A stretch of DNA of 63,882 nucleotides, the filler included, from Reticulomyxa filosa (taxonomy: Eukaryota > Protista > Foraminifera), in the NCBI GenBank assembly GCA_000512085.1. It is 18 parts of 18 records of this genome, joined end to end, with 100 filler letters (N's around TTAATTAATTAA, not from the genome) between each part and the next. Parts side by side here need not be neighbours in the genome. Positions count along the whole stretch, not along the records: positions 1 to 4,232 come from ASPP01020456.1; positions 4,333 to 5,456 come from ASPP01001717.1; positions 5,557 to 6,984 come from ASPP01022774.1; positions 7,085 to 9,160 come from ASPP01022426.1; positions 9,261 to 13,014 come from ASPP01007798.1; positions 13,115 to 14,344 come from ASPP01033231.1; 12 more parts are not named here. The stretch is one strand, 5' to 3'. Positions within the stretch are counted from its first letter, which is position 1. Each line of letters opens with the position of its first letter. Below are positions 1-13,329 of the stretch, piece after piece. The notes beneath the pieces are model-generated. The model worked only from the letters and a program-made list of their open reading frames with translations. It did no database searches and was not told the origin of the DNA. Position numbers and translations under genes: made by a program.

Positions 1-931
1 TTTTTTGATTGATTGAGGTGTGCATGGATTGAAATTCAGTGATTGATATGTAGTCCGACAAAGTGACACAAAAACCTTTGCTTTTTTATCCTTTGGTGCT
101 ATCGAAAAAAGCTCATTCAAAAATAAAAACACAAAACAAATTTACATTTTTTTGAATTCGTTGTATCTCTTGTCTTAGTCGCTCGTTTTCATGGTATAAC
201 AAATTCAGTTGCTCTGTTCTTTGTGATAGCAACTTTTGTAAGCGTTTTATTGCTGTTTATTATCGTTAACATGTCCACTATTGCCTAACTTGATCGGTAC
301 ATAGTGAAAAGAAAAAAAGACAACAAACTGTTTGAGAGTGCTTCGAAATCTTCACCGGTTTGTACATGAGAGGACATTGGAAAAATTGGATATCGAGAGA
401 GATTAGAACATTATATTGATCTGTTGAAGGTGGCCATTTTTTCTTTTTTTTGTTTAAATGAAAAGGCTTTCAAAAGTTTGAAAAAGAAGTGTTTTAAAAT
501 TAATAATGCAAGCTAAGTAAAATAGATATATGTCAAAGTGTGATTTATTTTGTGATGTAACGTATTTTGATTTGTTAGGTCTTGAATTAAAAAAGCTACA
601 AGTGTTACGTGCTTACATTTTTTCAAAGAAACAAAATAGAAAGCAAAACTTTTGCGTACTATAGTGCCAACAAAGTTGAAAGCAATTAATATCTTGTTCA
701 TCAAACAATCAATGAAGTCAAAAAGTTGTGTATTTTTTAAAAATGTCCGCCGACACATTCAATTATTATTACCGAAAAGGTCACTTGGCAGTATTAGGTA
801 ACCGTTTTATTTGTTTTGGGTTCGAAGATTGCAGCAAAGGATCTCTTGATTTATTTTCTCGTTCGTTTTCCATTTGCACTCGTTTCAAAAAGCGTTGCAT
901 CATGAGAGGACTTTGGAATGTATTTTGTTTG

Positions 932-2561
932 TTAATGTGTGGTTGGATCTAAATTGGCACATTTACTAACAAAAAAAATAAATTTGGAGTTGTGTTTTAA
1001 CGTTTTGAGTGGCCGAGGGTTACGAATCAAATAGTCCAAATGCTTTTGAACAAAATATTGGGCCTTATCTGTCCAAATACTGCTTCGCAAATGATTCCAT
1101 TTGGGCATTGCGCTGACGGCATACACCAAGTCTGTGTCTTGGACCCCTTCAAACCCCATAAATAACAAATGCAGCATCATATTGGGATAACTGGATCCCT
1201 CGTAAAGAGCATCCCCAAGGATGGGAGCGTTCAAGGATCGTGCACTTGCACGTATTTGGTGGTTACACTCATCATTAATGGGCGTAAAGCAAATCACACT
1301 GATAGTGCCTAAAAAGCCGTGAACAAATGTGTCGACCACCTGATACCTGGTCTGAATTTTCGAAGCTGTCTCGCGAACCCTTGCACTGGATTCATGAAGT
1401 GGATACACATAATACCTTTTATAACATCTAAAAATCTCTTGCAAGCAGTCCTTCAACCATGCCCGATTTCCGAGGTGGAATACCCTGTTCCATTTTACAT
1501 GCACACAACATGAATACAATTTGACTTTCTCCATTTTTCTCTTCCTTTTGTCTATTCTTCCAAGTTTGACAAAATAATAAAGAATAAAAACATAAACAGA
1601 AATTATACAACTTCCAAACTCAAAAAAAAAAAAACACACACACACATATTCTGTCTCTCTCTTTATCTCTGAACTTGACATATAGCGACGTAACACTTTT
1701 TAATTCCTGACCGATGGACATAGTCTGAATTTGCTTTCAATCCGAGAAAGTGATTTTGAGAACAAAGCTTCTTTGCAAAGATCATAACTCCGGATATATC
1801 GGTGTCGAGTTGCTGGATTAGCTTTGGTTGAAATCGATAGAAAGGATACCTTCTCCACCAGTGTGCCATAAACATCTCATAAAACGACAATTCAGGTCTT
1901 CGTTGATTTTTTTCGCTTTTGTGCTTCTGTTTGCGCTTTCTCTGCATCCTGGTTTTGAAGGCATGTCATATCTTTGAGTTTTGTTGTTGTAAATGTGGAG
2001 AATGTTGAACAGGTACATGGAATTTCTTGATATTTCTAGGCCTTTTTTTTTTTTTTTTTGGTGTTGTTTTTGTCAATAAAACACGAACCTAACCAGGAGG
2101 CTTATACACGAAAATGTATGCTTCATCTTCAGCTATGACATCAATTGCACCATTTGTGACAAGGGAGTTTCTTTGGACATCCTTATTAGAATTTCCAGTA
2201 AGCCGGTCTTTGCCAAGAATTGTGCACCGGGTGTCCGCGGAAGTGTCATTGGAGCAGAATACTTGCTTAAGAGGCTTTTTGCTTCAACTATAACTTCGTC
2301 TTCTTTTTTAACTTCAACTTCCATTTCATCATCTAGAAATCCTACCTTTGTTGTGGGTCGAGATTTGGGTTGAATCAATGCGATTTTTGATACATCCGGT
2401 GCAGAGTCGTACTCTTTTGCTGACTTGAACTGAGCAAAAGATTTATCAAATGAGCGCTTTCGGAATTCTTGGAGTGGTGGAGGATCTTTGCGTTTGCGAG
2501 GGTGTTGCAGAAAACGTCGTGAAAGGCAAATTAACCCTCGAACATGACAAAGGTTAGACAT
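932..2561 (-). CDS. RluA-family pseudouridine synthase-like protein, multi-exon, probably mitochondrial
   Basis: QQLDTDISGVMIFAK matches the RluA motif HRLDxxTSGxxxFAK, and NHQIRASARSLNAPILGDALY matches HQIRVHxxxxGxPIxGDxLY. The N-terminus is Arg-rich and presequence-like. Exon boundaries and the 3' end are approximate. Confidence 0.8.
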
Positions 2562-3018
2562 GTCAACTTTTTTTATTTAATAGTTTTTTTTTTAGTAATT
2601 TATATTTTGGCTTTTAACAATTCAACTATTTTATTTGTATTTACAACAATAGTAGTGATCTTGCAAACGTTGGAATTTTGCTATTTTGTGTACTAGTTCG
2701 ATGTAGATAAATTTAAATACGTCAGCACGTTTTGAAGTGTAAAACTCTTGACCCTTTTTCTTTTTGGAAAATGGCATCACTTTCGAAAATAGACGAAATA
2801 ATCCGCTTTGTAGAATCATTATTGCCCAGTCCAAGTTGGTGGTCATTTCTTTCTTTTTTTTAAGGCCTTGACAAACATGAAAAACTTTCTCAATCTCAAC
2901 CGGAAACTTGCAACAAACTGTTGTGTATTTTTTGTGGAATTTTTAATGGAAAAAAATGGTAAATTGTTAAAAAAAGAAGTTGAAATGTATTCCTTAAAAC
3001 AACTACACAGCAAAACTA

Positions 3019-3672
3019 ATGGCAGAAAATCCAGCAAAAACTACATCTCACACATTGCGCTTTTCAATGGATCCATTTGCATTTCGCAGTTTTATTTACA
3101 AAGACAACCCATATTTGGATAAAGCTTTTATTGACTACGACAGAGCTAAATTCACCGACAAAATTAATGAGTATTATAGCGTCGAAAAACTACCTTTGCA
3201 TGATGGATACGCTCCTTTTTGCAAGCACTTATTTGTGCCAAATTTTGTTGGAGAAAGTTTGAAAGATACAATGCTTGCAATAACAGATGAGAATAAACAC
3301 TTATTGAAAAGTGAGTATGTAAGCCGTCGCAAAGAGGAATTACCCGTGTTAACGCGATGGTTTGACAGCAAAGACTTACAAAAACACAATATAAAAATAC
3401 CTGTCGCCAAAGTCGTAGACATCATCTTGTACAGTCGTGAACAAGTGTGCAAAGAAAATGCGTCAATGGGAATCAAAGACGCAGTATGCGAGGGGGATTA
3501 TGCCATTATTAGTGCCAAACCACAGTCGAAAAATGGAGAAATTCCAATGGAACCAATCACCATGATGAGAAATGTGCTACCACTAGAAGAAGGTGGGAGT
3601 GGGGTAAAATTAGACAGAGAAAAGTATTTGCAAAGTGTTGAGTTTTGGCAAGGACATGCACGAGTGCAATAA
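3019..3672 (+). CDS. DUF3228 family protein (217 aa, single exon)
   Basis: Motifs DGYAPFCKHLFVPNF, ELPVLTRWF, DIILYSREQ and PMEPITMMRN..EEGGSGV are recognised as DUF3228. The ORF is intact from ATG to TAA. Confidence 0.9.
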   Translation: MAENPAKTTSHTLRFSMDPFAFRSFIYKDNPYLDKAFIDYDRAKFTDKINEYYSVEKLPLHDGYAPFCKHLFVPNFVGESLKDTMLAITDENKHLLKSEYVSRRKEELPVLTRWFDSKDLQKHNIKIPVAKVVDIILYSREQVCKENASMGIKDAVCEGDYAIISAKPQSKNGEIPMEPITMMRNVLPLEEGGSGVKLDREKYLQSVEFWQGHARVQ

Positions 3673-4232
3673 TTCTTTTTTTTGGCACACGAGCAAACAG
3701 GTCCTCTTCCTTGGAATGACCCCCAAGTTAACCTATTGCAAAGGGATTTTGTTTTAAACAAGTAGTGCCACTTTTAAAATTAAAACTAAACAAATACACT
3801 GATATACACGTTAGAGGCTCATTTCTTTGGTTTAACGCTTTTTCTACACTCTCTTGGCTTTGTTAAATCATGTAAACTAGTTATTTTGTGTATTTTGCAT
3901 TTTAAATGAAAATAAATACTTCAACACATAAACGATAAAAAAAATTAAACAAGCTAACTACTGTTGATAAAAACAAACTTTTTTAACGTAATACAATAGC
4001 GTCCAAAAAAGTAAACACTACCAAAATCAGTTTATTTAAAAAGTTATATTTTTTTTCTGATTATACTTAAGTTATAATTATGTAACTTTACATACATATT
4101 GAACTTACACTTTTGTTCAATTGCTAAAAATTTGATACTAATTGTTTAAAAAATTCAAATATTTTATTGGTTTTCGAAATTTTCTAAGTTTTTTTTTTCG
4201 TAATCTTTGATTTGAAGGAACGAGACAAATGA

Positions 4233-4332
4233 NNNNNNNNNNNNNNNNNNNNNNNNNNNNNNNNNNNNNNNNNNNNTTAATTAATTAANNNNNNNNNNNN
4301 NNNNNNNNNNNNNNNNNNNNNNNNNNNNNNNN
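4233..4332. other. Artificial contig-joining linker (N44-TTAATTAATTAA-N44), first of 17
   Basis: The same 100-nt linker, with stops in all six frames, starts at 4233, 5457, 6985, 9161, 13015, 14345, 22315, 24080, 28116, 29577, 30699, 31880, 48416, 51048, 52281, 61174 and 62783. Confidence 0.99.
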
Positions 4333-4364
<32 letters not shown>

Positions 4365-4370
<6 letters not shown>

Positions 4371-5441
4371 TTGAAGGATAACATAACTAGGTAATGCTGT
4401 TCCTTGAGTGATCCATTGAATGATATCCGAAGAGATGGTGGTACCTGCCTTTCCCTTTTCACTATTTGCTTCTCCAAACATTCCCAAAGCAACTTGTGCA
4501 TCACTGAGTACATGTCCACGATAAGTTAGATTTCTCCATGAAATGCGACTATATCCACTGTCTAAAGACTCACGGCCAATGTCAAAAATTGAAAACATGT
4601 TAACAACATCGCCATAAGGGCCGACATTAATGAATCCATTGGTGTCTTTGAATGCACCAAATTCAAGTACTTTGATATTGAGATCATGAATTGTGACATT
4701 TTCGATTGTCGCTTTTTGCGACCTGCTTTTTGCAGCTCCAAACCAATTGATTGCAACTCCTTTCGAATTCAGCAAAATTCCATAAATGGCCGATCCATCT
4801 GGAAGACCATGTTTATTTACAAATAAGGGCAGTGCGCTTTTAAACAATTCATGATACACATCCTCTTTATCAATGTCAATGTTGTCATTTCGAGTGAAAT
4901 CATCAATTGCAATGTTTCCAGAAAACAGTTTTTCACATACAGCATCCATGGTCAGTTCCAAGTCATCGACGATATCTTCGACACTTTTTGTTTCTTGACG
5001 ATTGGCAAAATGAACAAGTTGATCTCCATGGCTGTCTCTCAAATAACGAAAATTGAGCAATCCAAATCGTGCGTTGCTCCAATACGCAGTGACAGGGACA
5101 TTGACTGCCGATGGACCAATTTCCACATTACGAATGATTACATTCGAAAAATGATTCATTTGGATTCCACCAACTTCAAATTCATAAATGTGCAATTCTG
5201 ACAAGGTCACATTCGTTGCACCGTTGCTATGAATGCCATGATGACTACTCCATCCAAGATGTCCATTATGTATCCATATGTTTGATACTCCCGATTGAGG
5301 ACTGAGAAAAGGACCAAAGTGTGCAGGTCCTTGACCCTGAATAAATGGAGCACTTCCAATTTCAATGTTTGCGTAAAATCGTTGTTGCACTCGAAATTCC
5401 ACTGACATTTCAATTTCTTTTCCATTTAAATCAATTTCCAC
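4365..5441 (-). CDS. Right-handed parallel beta-helix (pectin-lyase-like) protein, internal exon, truncated by contig ends
   Basis: 358-codon ORF with beta-helix-like segments IDLNG, NIWIHNGHLG, HGIHSNGATNVTLSELHI, GIQMNHFSNVIIRNVEI and IENVTIHDL, flanked by intron-like polyT and (TA)n. Confidence 0.65.
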
Positions 5442-6448
5442 CTTTTTTTTTTTTTTNNNNNNNNNNNNNNNNNNNNNNNNNNNNNNNNNNNNNNNNNNNN
5501 TTAATTAATTAANNNNNNNNNNNNNNNNNNNNNNNNNNNNNNNNNNNNNNNNNNNNAACTTTGATAAATGTAATCGATTAATTCAAAATAAATATGTTTT
5601 GATAGGGATGTTAGAAAACTCGTTGTCTAAAATCTGTAATATTATTTTAATACAAAAGTGCTCAAAACAACAAAAAACATCATCAAAAATTGGAAAAAGT
5701 ATAGATGTGATGCATACTATCAACAAATAGGAAGAAATAAATGTATTAATGTGTTAATGAAGCCTTTATTAGTCTGGTTGAAGAATTTTGCGTGTGAACA
5801 AGTAAAAATATGTTGTAATCTTCCATTATTTGATATTGACCATGCGCTTTTTGTTTGTAATATATTTATATATAATGAATTAGTAGAAAAGGTATGCAAT
5901 TTTTAAAATTGTTATCAAAAATCAAACTATTCCTACAATTTGAAACAATGGATAAAGCCCTCCATATTCACCTTATGTAGATGATTTTCTCAATGAAGAA
6001 ACAAAATTTTTAAAAATATAAAAGTCGATAGTTTCTTACTTTCAAAAATTTGAATGTTTCATTCATTTTTAAAATTTGGAAAAAAGTTAGCAGTCGTGTT
6101 TTTTTCATTTCATGAAATTTTCCACAAAATACATTAAATTTTTTTTTGCATAAGTTACAGCCGATTTACTTTACTATTAGCTTTAAATTACACATTTCGT
6201 GTTAGTCTTTTCGGTTGTGGTTTCGGCGGTTTGATCTGCCATATTAGATTGTGATGAGACTAAAAGTTTGCTTCGAAATAATTAATTTTGTATGAAAATT
6301 AGAGTTTCCAAAAAATTAAGTTTTGTTAATGTAATAATAAAAAGAAAACCTTTTATGCATATCAGAAGATGATGTAGATTATTTTTACTTATAAAACCTT
6401 AATGTCTATAGATATTTAAAAAAATAAAAATAAAGAAAACTTAATTAA

Positions 6449-6984
6449 TTATTTTTTAAAGAAAATAACTTTGAAGTTAATAAATTTTGACAATCTTCGA
6501 TCATTCAAGTAATGGAAATAAAGTGATCCAGAACATATCACATTTGAACTACCATTGATATTCTTTATTACAAATTGTGAATATTCAACAGACAATACAG
6601 GAGCTTTATGTTTATTGAAAGCTTGAATTTGTTGGCCAGATCGAATGTCCCACAAACGAATACTTTTATCATATGATCCAGATAATATTGTATTTGATAA
6701 TTCGTTTGATCCATATTTTACACTATTAATCTGTCTTTCATGTCCTTTGAATATATTTAATTCTTTGGTTGTTTCAATATCCCATATTCGAATGGTTTTA
6801 TCAGTTGATCCAGAACAAATTGTATATCCATTTCCACCAATAACACCAATATTATTCATTTTATTATTATTATAATAATTTTTGTTATTGCTTTGTAATG
6901 GTGAAATATCAACACATAAAATAAAATCTTCATGTCCATTGAAAACATGTAATGATTTTGATGTTTCAACATCCATAAACGAAC
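6449..6984 (-). pseudogene. WD40-repeat protein fragment (expanded foraminiferan-type family), truncated
   Basis: Repeats GHEDFILCVDIS, ICSGSTDKTIRIWDIE, GHERQINSVKY and LSGSYDKSIRLWDIR, plus the NNIGVIGGNGYTICSGS insert. The sequence breaks off mid-repeat near 6520. Confidence 0.8.
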
Positions 6985-9260
6985 NNNNNNNNNNNNNNNN
7001 NNNNNNNNNNNNNNNNNNNNNNNNNNNNTTAATTAATTAANNNNNNNNNNNNNNNNNNNNNNNNNNNNNNNNNNNNNNNNNNNNTTTTTTTTAAAGTGGA
7101 CGGTCTGTTGCAAAAACAAAACCACTTTTTCTTTAAGTTGAAAAATTGTAAATAAAAAATAAAAAAGACATACCAGTTGGACCGGTGATATCACCCTAAC
7201 TACGAGCTGGTACGTTGGACAACAAAAAAAAAAAAAAAAGCCTTTTTTTCGTTAAGACGTAAATGCACAACACATAAATGTTTATAAAAAAGATGTAAAT
7301 TTGCAATTTTTTGGAATATTTTGACATTTTTGACAAAAAACTTGAAAAAAAGAATGGTTAAAATTTTTGTATAGTATTTCATTTGTGGTTCTGCAATTGT
7401 AATTCCAAAAAATGGATCAATTACAGATAATTGAAATTAAAATTTTTTTTTGGAATGAATCATTATTTTTCCTTGAATAATATTTTTTCTGGGAGAGAAC
7501 AAGTTTTCCCTTTTTAGAAAAAGTTCTCTTGGACATTACGAATGTGGTTTTTGCTATTCTCTTCAAACAACCTAACAATCCAAACGTAGATAACATAGAG
7601 AGCTCTTTCACCAATGCATTCCTCTGCAAATTGTAACAGTTGCCGAAAAAGAAAGAGGACAACCAGCGCAAATTCAACATACCCAAAACAACACTATTGA
7701 AAAAAGGTGCTGTCATCACGGCCCAAACAAATACGCTTGCATGTTGTGATCTCTCCTGACATTGACAACATGCAGGTTGGTGTTGCATATCTATCTTCAC
7801 AGTCAAACGAGGATATCAATTTTTTTGTTTGTTCCGAAAGTCATACACATGAAATTACTCATAAATAAATAAAAAATCAGATATTCGATTATGTGCCCCT
7901 TTTCACAGCAAAAAATAAATCTTGCAATACTACCTTTTGTTCATCGATCGAAATTGATGGTATGTAATAATCAGTGCCAGAATTACAAAAAATTACCACA
8001 ACAGTGGGCCAATTGTTGCAATGAAGTTTCTCAATATTACTTTACGCTTTAGCCTTTTTTTTTTGTGGGCACTTCTTTACGTAAAACTTTTTGTTATTGC
8101 ATTCAATATGTTTAACATTACCATGTTTTAATGTATTTTTTATCACTTTATTGTGACCAAACCCATTTCAAAACATTTCAAATGTAATGTTTAATACTTT
8201 GACTATCTAGAACACTCACTGTCTTGTAAATAGGATTCTGAAAAACAAAGTATAAAAAAGTTAGCAATGGTTCAATTTGGGTGAAGTTGAAAAGTTCCTC
8301 TTTTTTGGAATTATCATCATTGGGAAAAATGTCTGATACCGAAAACGAAAAAACAGAGGAAAAACCACAGGTAAATACATACACAATGAACTAGATGATA
8401 TTTGGCATGTAAATCTTCAGCAGCACCTAAAAAAAAAAGCGACTTATTACCATTGCAACAAAAATATTTAAAAGAATATCATCAAATGCAACCAATGGAA
8501 ACACTACAAGAGGAACTTTAAGTCGTTTTTATCGGATAAAGTAAAGATTTTTTCGTTTAATTTTGATAAGAGTGAAACTGTTGTTTTTAAATAGCTTTTT
8601 ATTTGATTTTTCTCAAGCTTTTTTTGTTAGATTTGGCTACTCTCGGAAATGAAAAAGAGGCCAAAATGGTCATTTGTTTCTATATGTTTGTCGGTAGTGC
8701 TGCTCTCCGCATCGACTTGCTCTCTTTTTTTAGTTCCCTCCAAAGTGGTCATAGACCACGCCGAATGTGGTCGATGGCATACATTGTCGGTATACGTGAT
8801 TCTATATGGATACGTATCTTTTGGATAAGGGATCAGAGCTGTAAAAAAAACAAGATGTGTTGACAGGCTATTGTATACGTTGTTTCTCCCTTAGCGACTA
8901 CTTTTTCATCATCTACGCAAAAAAAAATATTTGTCAATCCGATCCTCACCCCTGGAATGTCAGAAATTATAATTTTGTCTAAATATTTTTGTTGCAATGG
9001 TTGTTGTATTGGATTTACACTGATCATTTTCTTTTTCGCCAACTGTTGCACTTTGCAAAGGAGAGCATTGGCAAATGAATTCTTAAGGGCGAATTCCATT
9101 GTAGAAGTTTGCTTTATTAGGTTGTTTGAAGAGAAGAGCCAAAACCACAGTTGTAATGTCNNNNNNNNNNNNNNNNNNNNNNNNNNNNNNNNNNNNNNNN
9201 NNNNTTAATTAATTAANNNNNNNNNNNNNNNNNNNNNNNNNNNNNNNNNNNNNNNNNNNN

Positions 9261-9703
9261 AAAAAACGACATAATGCAAAAAAAAAAAAAAAATGAAAAC
9301 TGAAACAAAAATCAACTTGTCCAGACTGATTGGACTGCTGCTTATGTGGTGACACCTTGGCATGCGACCTCTTTGAATATCTGCTTCCTCTGTAATTATC
9401 TCGTCCCATTGCAATAGCGCCTTTGGATGTCAGATTAGGTAACTCCTTTGGACGGATTCGCGACTGAATCCAACCCTTCACAAAGTCCTTCAATACATCC
9501 CTTGCCAATTCCTCCATTATTTTTATCAGTATCTTCGTTTCTGCTCTTCCCAAATGCCCACTTGCTCGGTAGTAGTCCCAAAACTCATCTCCGTCGCAAG
9601 GTGCTTGCAGAGATTCGCTTATGGGCTCATGAACCCCGCTTCCGTTCAATGAGGGGTCAATTGTTGATGACAGTGAAAATGAATCGCGTCCGTAGCTGTA
9701 CAT
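9261..9703 (-). CDS. Hypothetical protein, 5' exon
   Basis: ATG-initiated ORF with protein-like composition that runs into a polyT intron and the contig end. It is divergent from the METTL6-like gene. Confidence 0.5.
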
Positions 9704-10476
9704 TACAACCCAATTGTGTCTGGTCTAACACTTTTCATTCCTTGTTGCTTTTCCGTTTTTGTTTTGTTTTTGTTTTCTCCCCTCCCTCTAATTTTTCATT
9801 TTTGTGGTCCATTCCCAAGAAAATTGTCTTTGCTAGAAGTTCAACTTTTTACGACCTTTTTTTCTTACTCTCTAGACGCCCCCCCCTATTTCGATATTAA
9901 GGAACAACAAAAAACATTTAAACAACCTATGCGCTGGACTAATTGCATTGTTTCGCTGAATCTGCCGCTGCTTTGTATTGCGCGGCTACCTCGATCACCT
10001 AGCATCTTTGGCTCAAGTTTTTTTTTTTAAATTTGCTATCCCCCTAAACACCTCAAACTTTCGTGTGCTTTGCTGTTGTCCTCTTGGGAATCTTTTTTTT
10101 GTTATTTCTGGAGAACGACCTTTTCGATGCGTCTCGATGATGCATGTTAAACTTAAAATATATACCATGTGCACCAGCTCGTATCTAGCAAAATTTGGAT
10201 TTTTTCAAACTTTTAGACCGATTTAGCATGTTTCATCCTACAGGGACAGTACGCAGGCAAACGTTCAGTTTCATATGAAAAGAAAAAAATCTCACAACCC
10301 AAGGTCGTATTGACATGTCAGAAATCGATTTAACAAAAGAATCACAACCATTAGACTTGGTCTATACCACAACTCTCTGCACGGAGGAAGAAGAACGAGA
10401 GCTGAGTTAAAAAAAAAAAAATTAACGAACACAACTGTAAAAAAGAAAGAAACAACACAAAAAAAGGTATAAGAAA

Positions 10477-11427
10477 ATGTTGGACGCCAATACGGAACAA
10501 GAGAAAATAACCGAATTTTGGAAGACAAAGTATGAGACGGAAACCCAAAAAAATTGGGACTTGTTTTACAAACGCAACACCGTGAATTTTTACAAAGATC
10601 GACATTACTTGGATAAAGAGTTTCAAGAGATCAAATATGTTCCAAAAGACAGCAAAGAGAGAAAAGTATTTTTGGAAATTGGTTGTGGTGTAGGAAATGC
10701 GTTATTTCCATTATTGGAAACCAATCCAAATTTGTACTTCTATGGCATCGATTTTTCAGTTAAAAGACTGTTTCTGATTGGGTGATCAAAAAAAAAAAAG
10801 ATTTAAACAACCAATCAAAAATCGAGATTATTTCTATTTGTTTGTTTGTGAGGGGGGATCAAGCCCAGGGCAATTGAGTTCACTAAAAAGCACAAGCAAT
10901 ATGATGAGGCACATGTGAAGACCTTGCAGTGTGATATTGTTGAATGCAAAGAAATGCCGGTGCAAAAAATCGATTTTGCAATGATGCTGTTTGTACTGTC
11001 TTCAATTCATCCCACACACTATGTGAATGTATTGGCCAAAATCTTGAAAGCAATGAATGACAACAGTTATCTGTTTATTCGAGACTATGGCAGATATGAT
11101 ATGGCCCAATTGCGGTTTAATGCCGATAGCAAATTGTCCGATCATTTTTATGTTCGTAATGATGGCACTCGCGCATATTATTTCACAATCGAAGAAATGA
11201 AGTCTTTCATCGACAATTCTGTTCAATGTATCAATGACGAAATTTCAAAACAATCCTCTTCACCAAAATCTTCATTTGTTAAAATAGAGTTTGTTGAGAA
11301 CTATTATTGCAAAAAAATTGTCCAAAATAGGAAAACCCAAGTCCAAATGCATCGCATATGGGTGCAGACAAAAATTAAAAAAACTCTTGTTGACCAAAAT
11401 CCTAACAACATTTCACAGGATTCTTAA
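10477..11427 (+). CDS. METTL6: tRNA m3C methyltransferase (METTL2/6/Trm140 family), 2 exons, intron 10759-10863
   Basis: KNWDLFYKRNTVNFYKDRHYL, the SAM motif LEIGCGVGN, FVLSSIHP, RDYGRYDMAQLRF and YVRNDGTRAYYF are present. Removing the GT-AG intron joins GIDFS|PRAIEF in frame. Confidence 0.92.
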
Positions 11428-11722
11428 TATTTTTAAGAGTTGTTTTTCATTTCTCAATTTAACAATCGTTCGACATTGAAAAAACGTATTTCAATGTCAT
11501 TTTTGTTCCGAGTCTGAAACATTAGAATTTCAAATCGATGCCCAAAATATTTGTATTTTAGTTGATTTGATAAATCGGCATGAGGAAATAAGAATTAGCA
11601 TGATTATAATAATTGTTCAAAGAACCGTATTGCATTTTTGTAGAATCACAAGTTCATTATTGTGTTGATTTTGTATATGAGATTTTAACAATTACTCTTC
11701 AAAGTACACATAGAAAAACACG

Positions 11723-13014
11723 TCACAAATTTGTGGGCACTTTTGCAGCTTTGTCTAAATATCCTCCAATTAATTCAACACCTCTTTTAAACTTCTCTGA
11801 CACTAACAACAGATTAGATTTTTGAAAGCTCAATAATTGATAAATGTTCCAAATATGATGCAAATGATTTGCATTCAACCGGTCTTTGATTTTGTCACTT
11901 TCTGAATCGGAGTTGACGCCCTATGTATTCAAATGCAATTCAACCAATTGTAATAGGGTAGAAAAAAAAAAGAATCCATGCAAGTTGTTGCAACTAAACG
12001 GGGCAATACAATCGAATGAGAGAAGCTAGTCGTCCGTTGAGAAATGCGAGCAAATTTTCACTGTTTTTAGTCAAATATTTATAGACTTGCTTTTCATTGA
12101 AGGGAGTGATAATCTGAGTGCCATCAAAAGTAGGTGGAGATATGGCAGTGTTATTCGCGTTTGCATTTGCATTTGTGTTTGCAGTCGAAGGATAAATCCA
12201 AGTTCGCATAAACTTTTCCAAATCATTGTCTGTCATGCAGACAATACGCAAATATTGCATGACATTGTTCGCTAAATCTAGTCCCAACAATTCACGCAAA
12301 TGAACGATGTCATCTTCTGTGCCAACCTCCACTTTGGACAAATCAATATTCTGTTGTTTTTGTATTGACCTTGGTTTTATACATATTTTTAAAAAAATAC
12401 AAATACAAATACATATACATATAAATATATATATATATATATATATATGTATATGTATGTGTATGTAAAAACAGAACTTGCAGTGCAAATTTTTCAGTCA
12501 ATAGTTTTTGATCTTTTTGAATTGGTTGAGAATTGTTTAACAGTAACTGTTCAAACTGTTCGTTTAGATTGGGTTTTTCAACTTTCTTGTTCGATTCCAC
12601 TTTTTTATTATCATCATCGTGGTCACTTTCGTTATCGTTTTCATTTGCATTTACATTGTCATTTTGCTGTGAATGTTCGCTTTTAAAATCGCTTTGCATT
12701 TGTAGACGAGGAGGCGTGATTACGCAAGACATGGAGGCAGGTAGTTTGAGATTTTGCAAATGGAATTGTTTTAATTTTGCCAAGCGATCTCCGCCGAGCA
12801 AATCTAAGCGCAGCTCGACCTTGTCATTGGGATTGCCAGAGACTATAAAGCCATTGTGAATAAGCAGGTCCTCGTTTTTGCGATTGCCATAATACATGTA
12901 TATTTGCTCCCCTTTTTTCACTGGCTCCATCAAATGCATCACATGCACTTGTTCTTTTGTGTTGAAATATGTTGTCAATTTCCCATTGCGATAATTGCTT
13001 TTTTGTTTGTTTGT
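11723..13014 (-). CDS. SET-domain / Rubisco-LSMT-type methyltransferase (SETD3-like), 3' part, multi-exon
   Basis: KKGEQIYMYYGNRKNEDLLIHNGF..NPNDKV matches the SETD3-type post-SET signature. The last exon (about 11920-11723) ends VPTNL*. The 5' part is cut by a linker. Confidence 0.8.
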
Positions 13015-13329
13015 NNNNNNNNNNNNNNNNNNNNNNNNNNNNNNNNNNNNNNNNNNNNTTAATTAATTAANNNNNNNNNNNNNNNNNNNNNNNNNNNNNN
13101 NNNNNNNNNNNNNNATTAGTCATGCGGACTAATTTTTTTATTTTTATTTTTTCACGTTCTTTTTTTTTTGCGCAATCTATCCGAATGTAAAAGTAACTTA
13201 ATGAAAAAACGCGTTTTTATTGATGATAGAGATTCCAAAAGGATTTTTTCTTTCATATTCGGATTCTTCACGAAAAATTGTACTAGAAAATACTTTTTAT
13301 TTTTATAAATATGAACAGTCTATTAGCAT

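Noticed and set aside
7085-9160. Short hydrophobic ORFs suggesting a membrane protein
   Set aside because: No consistent exon chain or family motif could be built.
12390-12470. (TA)n, (TATATG)n, (GTT)n and (TAT)n tracts here and near 15220, 17020, 19770 and 31230
   Set aside because: Ordinary intronic microsatellites. ORF translations such as YIYIYI and CCCC are intron read-through.
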